Below are positions 28,096 to 37,504 of a stretch of 64,000 nucleotides of DNA, piece after piece. The notes under the pieces were generated by a model, which saw only the letters and a list, made by a program, of their open reading frames with translations, was not told where the DNA came from and did no database searches. Positions within the stretch are counted from its first letter, which is position 1, and each line of letters begins with the position of its first letter. The translations under genes were made by a program, and so were the position numbers. The DNA comes from Aureliella sp. GTDB taxonomy: Bacteria > Planctomycetota > Planctomycetia > Pirellulales > Pirellulaceae. The stretch lies in contig OY829846.1 in assembly GCA_963691875.1 (NCBI GenBank), forward strand, positions 2,176,001-2,240,000. The letters run 5' to 3'.

Positions 28096-31065
28096 CTAGC
28101 GAAGTCGGTTCTTCGAAATACCTTCTCGTTCTCGAACTCGTCGGGAAACGAAGACTCCGATGCCGACCAACAGCGGTGGAATGGGCGGCAATAGCACGGC
28201 CCAGAGTTTGTAACGCGTCTGAATGTCGCGAATCTTACGATCGCTTTCACGCTGCTTTTCTTTGATCAATTTCTCCGTCTTGTCACTTCGAGCCTTATTC
28301 TTGACCATCGATTTTTTCTGGTTCACCTGCTGCTCGATTCGGAATTCCTGCTGCTTCCGGATGAATTCACGCTGTTTCTTTTCAGTATCGATTCCATCAC
28401 GCTGCATGTCATTCAAGACCTGTTGGAGCTCTGCGATTCGCTTTTCCTCCGCCTCTTCCTCAGCATCTTTTTCTTTGGTGGCAGCTTCCTGCAACTCCTT
28501 GATCGCCTTGTCTCGTTCCGAGCGATACTTCTCAGCCTCTTCTTCAAAGAGTTTTAAAGTAACGTGCTTTGCTTCGTGCGTACGAATCTTCGGATAACTC
28601 TCCTCACCCGCAAGAACGTCAATCATGTTCAAGAAGAAGACGACATTCTGAACGGCCAGATCCATATCCAATTCCTTCATCTGATCTGGCCTTTGCCGGC
28701 TGAAGCTGAAGAAGGGATGCAAGCAATCCACATCAGCAACGTAGACCGCTTTCATTGGGCGCGTGTTGCTAAGCCCGCTTTCGGAGCCTTCACCTTCGGC
28801 CTCCGCAGCATCACCTTGATCCTGCTTATCCTCGGACTCCAAAGCATTGGAGTTCACTCCATCCGCCGCCTCGATTAGCATGGCCAAGGTTTGAGAACCA
28901 GAGGGTGCGCCCTGGAGAACTTTCAATGCAGCAGGATTCTCACGGTTCTGCAGCTGTAGCTGAAGTTCGCTGAGACTCATCAGCCCAGACACTTCGCCAA
29001 AAGTCCTGACAAGCGGAGTGAACTTTAAGTCCTCGCGTTTTGCATCAGCTTCGACAGCCCCGGAGTAAACGAACACTACCTCCCGAAGATCTGCCGAAAC
29101 GCTATTTTCTTGGTTGATCAAGTCGTTTTCAGGATCCAAGCCCTGCGTGGCGAACACCCACTGATCACTGATCGGCATCCGAGATTCGAGCTTGGGGTAT
29201 GGGTTATAGCTTTGCCAAACGATGTCTGGATTCAGACCAGTCATTGATCCAGATTGTGGAATCTCGATTCCAATTGCATCCCACAGCGTCTGAATATCCC
29301 CCTTTGGCTGCGGCGGAGCTCCACCCATCATCATGTTGCCCTGTTGCTGCTTTGGCTGCATAGTGCCCGTGAACCGCATGTACTGCTGATAAATCGATGG
29401 AAGCGGATCCTCGAATATGGCGGACGGCACGCCAGCTTTAATCGCACTGACGACATTGGGCAGCTGCTGCGGGCTCAAAGATGAAGGTTGCACAACCAAC
29501 ATCACGTCGAAGTTCTCCGCCAAGATTGGCTGAGAAGGATCGACGTCGACCACGTCGTATTGCTTCTCAAGCTCTTCGACCAAAGGCTGTTTAGGCAATT
29601 GGGCGACATTGCCGCTGGTAAAGTCAAAGCCGCCCATGAAATTGGCGTCGGTCTTGATAATACCGAGCTTGATTCGCTTGGGCTGGGCTACCGTGCTGAT
29701 CGAACGGACCAACTCGTACTCAACAGGAATGCCAAGTTCGAAGAACGGAATCGTAACCTTCGACAAGCCAGATCGAATCGCCGCACCGAGGATGACTTGC
29801 TGATTTTTGATCGCACCTTGCTCGCGGACTCGGACAAACTGCGGAACGATGCCATATTGCTTCTCCGCCCGCGTAGCATCTTCACCGAAAACTTCGATGC
29901 CGTCGTTGATCTGAACTTGCATCTGCACGCCACGGCTGCCAGCGATGGCTTTGAACTCTTTCAGTAAAGTAAGTAGCGAATAACGGCTCTCCGAGTACTG
30001 CTCCGGAATGTCGGCTGAGATAAAAGCTTCAATCACAATCGGCCGTTCAGGCTTCAACTCGCGAATCAGCTTGCGAGTCGTATTGCTGACCGAGCTTACT
30101 TTGCCTTCCGTCGCGTCGTAACGGAGAAAGTCATTGTTCTGCAGGAAGTAACTTAGGCTGAACACAGTCAGCGTAAGCGTCAAGATGCGGGCGAAGTAAT
30201 GCAAGAACTTCACGTTGCTATCTTGCCCGCCAGTCCAGTGGCGACGGCCAATTAATACCATGCACAAGTAAAGACCGAGCGTGAGTACGAGCACGAAGAA
30301 TGCGGTCGGAGCTAGACTAATCACGCCTCGCCCAAAATTATCGAACTGCGAGCTCAGACCGAACATGGACACGAACTGTGCACCGAGCTTCCATGGAATG
30401 ATCACGTCAGCCATCGAAGCAAACGCCAGCGGCGCGTTGAATGCGGCACCAAGCACAAACCCCACGGTCAAGTTGGCTGTGGTGAACGACGCTATCATCC
30501 CGATCGCCAGCATAGCCAGTCCGATAAACCAGTAACCAAGATAGTTTGCACAGAACAAACCTGTATCAACTTCACCTTTGGAAAGGAACAGCAGTACGAA
30601 AAAGGTCGAAAGCTGTCCAAAAACAAGCGAAACTGTGTAAATCGATGCGGCGGAAAGATACTTCCCGATAACGATATCAAAGTCATCAGCTGGCAATGTC
30701 AGCAACAGTTCGTCTGTCCCTTGTCGTTTTTCTTCCGCCCAGATACTCATCGTGATTGCAGGAATGAAGAACAACATGATGATCGGGAACCAGTAGTTAA
30801 GCTGATCCAGATTGGCCAAGTTCGAATTAAAGAACTCGTAAGGCCAGAACGCCGCCATCGAACACAAAAGTACGAAAAGGCACAGGAACACATAACCGGT
30901 TGGATTGGCGAAGTAGGCCAAAAAGTTACGCTTGAGAACCGCGTAGGCCGCTCGCTTTCTGGTAGCCAGAGTTCCAATAATCAGGAAGGCCGCCATGCCG
31001 ATGATGGCATCAATCACAAGTAACTTTGCTAGAGGAGCCAGCAGAACTAAGAGTTGAGATGACAT
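28096..31065 (-). CDS. GldF/GldG-like ABC permease fused to a periplasmic Gldg domain
   Basis: AYFANPTGY, PAITMSIWAEEKRQGTDELLLTLP, EYELVRSI, C-terminal coiled coil and TM helix. Confidence 0.85.
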   Translation of the reverse strand: MSSQLLVLLAPLAKLLVIDAIIGMAAFLIIGTLATRKRAAYAVLKRNFLAYFANPTGYVFLCLFVLLCSMAAFWPYEFFNSNLANLDQLNYWFPIIMLFFIPAITMSIWAEEKRQGTDELLLTLPADDFDIVIGKYLSAASIYTVSLVFGQLSTFFVLLFLSKGEVDTGLFCANYLGYWFIGLAMLAIGMIASFTTANLTVGFVLGAAFNAPLAFASMADVIIPWKLGAQFVSMFGLSSQFDNFGRGVISLAPTAFFVLVLTLGLYLCMVLIGRRHWTGGQDSNVKFLHYFARILTLTLTVFSLSYFLQNNDFLRYDATEGKVSSVSNTTRKLIRELKPERPIVIEAFISADIPEQYSESRYSLLTLLKEFKAIAGSRGVQMQVQINDGIEVFGEDATRAEKQYGIVPQFVRVREQGAIKNQQVILGAAIRSGLSKVTIPFFELGIPVEYELVRSISTVAQPKRIKLGIIKTDANFMGGFDFTSGNVAQLPKQPLVEELEKQYDVVDVDPSQPILAENFDVMLVVQPSSLSPQQLPNVVSAIKAGVPSAIFEDPLPSIYQQYMRFTGTMQPKQQQGNMMMGGAPPQPKGDIQTLWDAIGIEIPQSGSMTGLNPDIVWQSYNPYPKLESRMPISDQWVFATQGLDPENDLINQENSVSADLREVVFVYSGAVEADAKREDLKFTPLVRTFGEVSGLMSLSELQLQLQNRENPAALKVLQGAPSGSQTLAMLIEAADGVNSNALESEDKQDQGDAAEAEGEGSESGLSNTRPMKAVYVADVDCLHPFFSFSRQRPDQMKELDMDLAVQNVVFFLNMIDVLAGEESYPKIRTHEAKHVTLKLFEEEAEKYRSERDKAIKELQEAATKEKDAEEEAEEKRIAELQQVLNDMQRDGIDTEKKQREFIRKQQEFRIEQQVNQKKSMVKNKARSDKTEKLIKEKQRESDRKIRDIQTRYKLWAVLLPPIPPLLVGIGVFVSRRVREREGISKNRLR

Positions 31066-31127
31066 TTGCAGGTCGTCGTTAAAACGTGAGTTATATTAGA
31101 AGAACGGTTGTAAGCGTCGGAGTAGCA

Positions 31128-31904
<777 letters not shown>

Positions 31905-32569
31905 GTATGCAGTTTTCCTGAGTTTTGCGGGACTGAGTAAGTCGCTCAGAAACCAAATTTTGCGTGAAATCTCGGGCTCGACGAGCCCCCATATAAAAAA
32001 TTTGGCTTCGTCAGCCGCTTGCATTGTTGGATGGCCTCAGTCAGGAGAGAAGACGGGCTAGAAATCACATCGCAAAATGGGAAAACGCTACAGCGACCGA
32101 TCGCAAAAAGCCAAATTGAATCTCTTCCTGAGACCTCGTGGGTTGAGTGAAGTTTACAAATTTTTGTTGCGATAGCTACGTGGCGATTATTGGATTGGTT
32201 CGAGAGCATCAGAACGCAGTTGCACTTTGCTTGATACGATTCGCGTCTCCGTAGACACGAAGCGAGCGTCTGTTTCCGTTCCAGTGTGGGCACAAGTCCG
32301 AGCTAATCGCCAATTGCTATCAGCTAAACGCCAATTTTGACCGATAAGAAACCGACCCGATGTAGGTAGAAGTGAGTTTCTACAGCCGTGGGCAGCGGCG
32401 GCGGCTTGTGCCTAGCTCGCCTAACCAGCCAGCCGAGGCTGAAAAAGCAGTTTTGCGTTGCTTTCCGACGCCAAAAACGGCTTGCGAGTCTTTGGGTCTA
32501 CGGATACACTTCGGAACTTGTTTTCACGCTGTCACAGCACCATTCCAGCTAATTTTGGTCCACAGATCG

Positions 32570-33028
32570 ATGACTCTTAGTCAAAAAACCACCGTCGCGA
32601 AGCCAAATGAGATCCCTCAGAAGTGGTTTCACGTGGATGCGGAATCACAGGTACTTGGCCGTCTAGCCAGCGACATCGCTATGATCCTCATGGGCAAGCA
32701 CCGTCCGACGTACACCCCGCACGTCGACACTGGCGACTTTGTAGTTGTGACCAATGCGGAAAAGGTGGAGATGACCGGCCAGAAGTTCCGTGATCGCCAC
32801 TACGCTTGGTACACCGGCTACACCGGCCAGAAGCTAGAAAGCTACGGCGATCGCCGCGATCGCAAACCGGAAGATCTGATCTACCACGCTGTCCGACGCA
32901 TGTTGCCGAAGAACAAGCTGGCTCGCAAGATGCTCGATAAGCTGAAGATCTATGTTGGCCCTGAGCACCCACATCAAGCTCAGCAGCCCGAGACTCTAGA
33001 AAACATTGGCAAGAAGAAGGCCATTTAG
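32570..33028 (+). CDS. rplM: 50S ribosomal protein L13
   Basis: LGRLAS, GKHRPTYTPHVDTGDFVVVTNA, MLPKNKL, HPHQAQQP. Confidence 0.97.
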   Translation: MTLSQKTTVAKPNEIPQKWFHVDAESQVLGRLASDIAMILMGKHRPTYTPHVDTGDFVVVTNAEKVEMTGQKFRDRHYAWYTGYTGQKLESYGDRRDRKPEDLIYHAVRRMLPKNKLARKMLDKLKIYVGPEHPHQAQQPETLENIGKKKAI

Positions 33029-33097
33029 GCCCGTTCCGGAACAACCTAGCAGTAACCACAGACATTGGCACCCAGAATTCAAAGCAAATAAGAATCC

Positions 33098-33511
33098 ATG
33101 GTAGCGGTTAAGAAAGACAAGATTAACGGTGATTCACTTGGTACTGGACGGCGTAAGAGCTCGGTAGCTCGCGTTCGCCTTCGTGCTGGATCTGGTAACG
33201 TTACCGTTAACGGCAAGAAGCTCGAAGAATTCTTCCCAACTGTGCAGCACCAGCAAGATGTCCTGCAGACCCTGGCTCATGTCGAGGCTAGCGGATCAGT
33301 GGACGTGATCTGCCGAGTCAACGGTGGCGGCATCACTGGCCAAGCTGGAGCGATTCGCATGGCTTTGGCTCGTGCTTTGGTCAGCTACAACGAAGAAAAC
33401 TTCCAGCCGCTTCGTGACGACGGCTTCCTTACGCGAGACGCTCGAATGAAAGAGCGTAAGAAGCCTGGCTTGCACGGTGCCCGTCGCGGTACTCAGTTCA
33501 GCAAGCGTTAA
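33098..33511 (+). CDS. rpsI: 30S ribosomal protein S9
   Basis: GTGRRKSSVARV, GGGITGQAGAIR, LTRDARMKERKKPG, QFSKR. Confidence 0.98.
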   Translation: MVAVKKDKINGDSLGTGRRKSSVARVRLRAGSGNVTVNGKKLEEFFPTVQHQQDVLQTLAHVEASGSVDVICRVNGGGITGQAGAIRMALARALVSYNEENFQPLRDDGFLTRDARMKERKKPGLHGARRGTQFSKR

Positions 33512-33541
33512 TTCGCCCTGAAACTCAAGCAAAATCAGCAC

Positions 33542-33573
33542 AAACAGGCTCGCCGCTCGGCGAGCCTGTTTTT
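33542..33573 (+). terminator. Rho-independent terminator of rplM-rpsI
   Basis: AAACAGGCTCGCC-GCTC-GGCGAGCCTGTTT followed by more T. Confidence 0.9.
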
Positions 33574-33675
33574 GTTTGTAGCTGTAACGCACAACAAACG
33601 AGTAGCGGAAGGCTTCCAACGTGGGATAAGTTTCTAACTTGCCAGCCTGCCGAACTCTACTGTTGATTAAGTGGG

Positions 33676-34242
33676 TTAAGCGTCCTGCTTGTCATCCCGC
33701 AACTTCGGAGATGTTGGTAAGTTGCCAAGACTTTCGGCGTCTTGCCTTATCAAGCCAACGCTCAACTCCTCATTCGTATCGGTGAGATCCCGCCACCTTT
33801 CGCCGGAGCTTGCCTCAGACGGTAAGTGCTCAACTCTAAATCGAATACCCAAGAAAACAAATATTCTCCGAGGGGGATTTCGCCTTCTGATCTGAGAGCT
33901 CTCTTGAGGACGACTGATTGCCGCCCTGCCTGAAAGAATCACGCGGAGTCTGAGAAGTAATGAAACTCGTGTGAAACCGCCGTCTACCAACGCTAGAACA
34001 GCTCCAATTTCGAGAGTTGCTCACCCACCGTAACTGTAACCAACACCAATGATTCTGGTCCCAGAAGCCTCGGTTAAGCTGTTGCCGATTATTACCGATT
34101 TCCTGGCCTGAGCACCATCACCTTCGATGAAGATGTCACCGGACGCATTGCCCCGTCCCGCGGGGAACGAAGCATCGAGAATACGGATCAGTTCCCCAAA
34201 CACTGAGTCTCGGGGAGGCCGATGCATTGAAGAAGTAACCAA
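33676..34242 (-). pseudogene. Alpha/beta-hydrolase remnant
   Basis: IIGVGYSYGG nucleophile-elbow motif directly followed by TGA 34021-34023; same frame resumes (ATLEIGAVLALVDGG). Confidence 0.45.
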
Positions 34243-34279
34243 GCACCAAAAAGTGGCAGCTCATCGGTGCGGCGTCACA

Positions 34280-35055
34280 ATGATCAAGTTCAAGACGATA
34301 GGAATCAGCGTGCTTCGGTTGGCTCTGATCATTTCGGCAATGCGGTCTGCTCGCCGAGTGCAGTGCCAGAACAATTTGCTCCAGTTGCTCGTCGCGACGC
34401 AGTCTCATCATACGACGAACGGCTCTTTGCCGTACTCCTACAACGGTACCAGTCTGAAGTATCCATTGCGTGGATGGGATCTGTTTCACTTGCATTCTTA
34501 ACGCGTCGAGTTGGTACCCTTCATGGAAAAGCAGGGTATCAAGGAGCAAGTGCAGTGAGACTAGCTGGCAAGCGCAGATGAAAATCTACCCTTAGCTCAA
34601 ACTCAAATCTCATCTTTGATTTGCCCAAGCGGAAGTGATCCGAACGATCTCGGGGTGGGACTTAAACACGGATTTTGCCGATGCCGGCGGATGCAATCGC
34701 ACTCGACCAAATGCATTCGATCGCCCAAGGCGACTGCGATGCGATGGCTGGCATACAAAACCTACTCGCCCCACTTCCAACTAGCGGCAACGCCCTTCCA
34801 GTTAACTATATGCACTCGGGAATCTAGGGCTGAACATTGTTCGACAAGACTCAGGATGCAGACATCGAGTTCCGCGGCTTTTGAGCTGGAAAGTTCCGCG
34901 ATGTGACCGCTAGGCTATCAGGCACAGATGTGATCTAGTAGCGGAACGGGAAGCCAGTACGATAGAACAATTCTAAACTGCGGCCCGCGGACAAAAATGT
35001 ATCCTGAACGCATCGGTTGGTTGTGCAGCAACACTTCTGCCGGGTCGGTCAAAGG
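34280..35055 (+). pseudogene. DUF1559 (prepilin-like, H-X9-DG) remnant
   Basis: ARRVQCQNNL.QL..A, HS*RVELVPFME (TAA 34499-34501 where Trp is expected), LICPS; frameshifted after that. Confidence 0.65.
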
Positions 35056-35108
35056 GGCCGGCAACCGGCGTGGATTAGGAAAACTGCACCTGCATCTAGT
35101 CCGTTAAA

Positions 35109-35347
35109 GCCGGCGAGGTAAATGTGAGCCTCGTAGGTAGTCCGAGCACGTCGTTCCCGGTGCAATACCCTCCCAAATTTCTACGCTCATTTAAATGACA
35201 GCGCACCGGGAGAGTCTGGGGGCAATGATGTATGCTCACCCAGGTTAGCAGCTTACACTTGTAACCGCACTCCCCGTACCCGACAGACCGAGTGCAGAAC
35301 GTTAACCGCTCCGGGTGAGGATTCGGTAGTGTCGAGTCCAAGCCGGC
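35109..35347 (+). ncRNA. Candidate structured non-coding RNA, family unassigned
   Basis: Nested compatible helices closed by GCCGGC/GCCGGC; G-U pairs favour the + strand; intergenic. Confidence 0.5.
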
Positions 35348-35363
35348 CACATGCCCTCAAGCT

Positions 35364-35383
35364 AGCGTGGTCTGTGCCACGCT
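35364..35383. terminator. Hairpin immediately after the folE2 stop, possibly bidirectional
   Basis: AGCGTGG-TCTGTG-CCACGCT. Confidence 0.45.
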
Positions 35384-35387
35384 CGGA

Positions 35388-36218
35388 CTAACTCTTTCGC
35401 TTGTCCTGCTCAACCATCGCGTAGGCATTGTGACTATGGATCGACTCGAAGTTCTCTGAAAAGCACTGGAACCAAACGATCCGATCGTCGTCTCGTAAGG
35501 TGACGGCCATGTCCCGAACAATATCTTCGACGAACTTCGGATTCTCGTAGGCTTTTTCAGTAACCCATTTTTCGTCGGGGCGCTTCAACACGGAATAAAC
35601 CTGAGTGGAAGCACACTGCTCGATCATCGAGAACAGTTCTTCAATCCAGAAATTCACACCCTCGGCAATACGAACCTTGACAGTCATCTCGCATCTTTGA
35701 TTGTGAGCCCCGTAATCCGAGATCTCTTTCGAGCACGGGCACAGGCTCGTTGCGGGGATCTTAAGCGTCATGACAAAATCATCTTCGGTTCCGCTTGCTA
35801 GCTCAAAAGTTACGTCGATATCGAGTTTCCCAGCCTGCCCAGTAACTGGTGCTGTCTTGGTGATGAAGTACGGGAAGTTGACTTCAAGAAAAGCGCTATC
35901 GGCATTCAGCTTTTCTCGCATTGCGACTGTCAGCTCAGTGAGTGAGTCACTGCAAAGTCCCTCGTGGCGATCGCTGAGCACTTCGAGGAACCGCGACATG
36001 TGGGTTCCTTTCTCAGTATGTGGAAGTGCCACAAACATATTTATATTTGCCACGGTGTGCTGGAACGTGTTGCCGCTGCCATCGCCTGGAGTCCGAAGTG
36101 AAATCGGATAACGAACGTTTGTCACACCAACGCGATTAATCGCAACGCGTCGCGTGTCTCCGCTTGCCTGAATGTCGGGAAGCGGTTGCCGGTTCTTTTC
36201 TGCTGACAGATGAATCAT
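35388..36218 (-). CDS. folE2: GTP cyclohydrolase IB (FolE2/MptA family)
   Basis: LPDIQ, KGTHMSRF, TSLCPCSKEIS..GAHNQR, LKRPDEK, NPKFVED, ESIHSHNA. Confidence 0.95.
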   Translation of the reverse strand: MIHLSAEKNRQPLPDIQASGDTRRVAINRVGVTNVRYPISLRTPGDGSGNTFQHTVANINMFVALPHTEKGTHMSRFLEVLSDRHEGLCSDSLTELTVAMREKLNADSAFLEVNFPYFITKTAPVTGQAGKLDIDVTFELASGTEDDFVMTLKIPATSLCPCSKEISDYGAHNQRCEMTVKVRIAEGVNFWIEELFSMIEQCASTQVYSVLKRPDEKWVTEKAYENPKFVEDIVRDMAVTLRDDDRIVWFQCFSENFESIHSHNAYAMVEQDKRKS

Positions 36219-36313
36219 TTTCGTTCCTTTTGTCGCGACTCAGTCCATGAAAAAGAACCAAGCCAGATTAGTTGTGATGGTGAGATTGGTCGGCATTCCG
36301 TGACGGAGATGTA

Positions 36314-36793
36314 CTAGCACTCAGCTGCACCAACCAGCTGCTGATTCCCGGGCGAGCCGTTCGGTTCGCTTACACTCGCTTCGGCGTAAGATTCTTCGGT
36401 CTCCCAGATCCTGACGGCGATAGCGGTTGCACCGCTGTCTGCCAGGACAAGGGGGCAAACTTCCTCGAGCAGAAACTTCGCCATGTTTTCTGCGGTTGGA
36501 TTGTAGGGCAGAACAAAAAAACGACTTGGCTTGACCAATTCAAGTGCCTGCCTAGCGTTCGTGTCTTCGTGACTGATCAAGAATGAGTGATCCCAATTTT
36601 CATCAAGCCAGCCTTTCACTCGTTTCTTCAAATCAGAAAAATCAAGCACACGGCCGACACTATCCTGCTCGTCGCCCTGCACAAAGAAATCTGCCACATA
36701 GTTGTGTCCGTGAAAATGCTCGCACTTACCCCCGTGTCCAAAAAGGCGATGGCCGGCGCAGAATTTAATGCGCCGCATAATTGTCAAAGACAT
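36314..36793 (-). CDS. queD: 6-carboxytetrahydropterin synthase (PTPS family)
   Basis: GHRL..HGGKCEHFHGHNY, LDFSDLK, WDH, NPTAEN, WET. Confidence 0.88.
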   Translation of the reverse strand: MSLTIMRRIKFCAGHRLFGHGGKCEHFHGHNYVADFFVQGDEQDSVGRVLDFSDLKKRVKGWLDENWDHSFLISHEDTNARQALELVKPSRFFVLPYNPTAENMAKFLLEEVCPLVLADSGATAIAVRIWETEESYAEASVSEPNGSPGNQQLVGAAEC

Positions 36794-37097
36794 TAGTTCT
36801 CTTCTTGTCAGGTTAAGCTAGTTTTGATCGCTACGTTTCGGCGGAAAACTGTACCAGGCTGTCCAGTGCCACTCAACCAGCGACAGGTAGGAGGACTGTG
36901 AGGACAATCCTATTTGGGACTGACTTGTGAGTAACCGGGCAACGCTTGCGGATTGCACCTGTGCTGCCAGCCCCTCTTCCAGGGAATTGCAATCCCGCAA
37001 AGCTACTTCGCGCCTCGTTTTTTGGGTTCCACTTCCGCAACCTCTTGAGGGGGCGAAAGCCGATTTAATCTGGAATCTTGACAACGACTTTATTCTA

Positions 37098-37487
37098 TCA
37101 GCTACCTTCAAGAAAAGATCGGTCAGTCAGCTCGCGCGGCATCGTATCGCTCGTAATATCACGCTTATGCAAAAACAATTCGAGAATCGCTGGCAATGCC
37201 TCGTCGCCCATGGCGAGTAATGCTTGCGAGGGAGCAATGGCTTCATTATTGACGAAGAATGGCTCGGGAGGATGCGTCTGTGCGACCATCTCCTTCAAGA
37301 CTGGAATCGCCTCTTGGGCGTCGCTTCCGAGCTAGGCCAACTCCCTGATCCATTCGAGACGCTGCTTTTGCGCAGCCTCTGGCTTATCGTTCGACTGAGT
37401 CGCAAGTTCTGTGCCACTTTCCGATATCCAGTGCTTGAACAACAGAGGCAAGCAGAGGAATTAGAAAGCAGATTCAAAGTATATGCA
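37098..37487 (-). pseudogene. HEAT-repeat protein remnant
   Basis: WIRELA*LGSDAQEAIPVLKEM (TAG 37332-37334) and ALLAMGDEALPAIL; signal-like start is broken and frameshifted. Confidence 0.5.
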
Positions 37488-37504
37488 TCGAAATCTCCGG
37501 TCCT

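Noticed and set aside
32372..32569. N-terminal extension of L13 in the ORF track, and similar extensions on the Hyi-like, ABC ATPase and propeller ORFs
   Set aside because: Longest-ORF artefacts; family similarity begins at downstream ATGs.
35239..35252. CAGG...AGCAG resemblance to SRP RNA, and GGACTCGAC resemblance to a tmRNA 5' end on the minus strand
   Set aside because: The SRP GNRA hairpin is missing, and there is no T-arm/CCA end or tag reading frame.
35096..35350. 84-aa Cys-containing minus-strand ORF
   Set aside because: No RBS or recognisable motif; the region is better explained by nested base-pairing, though coding is not excluded.
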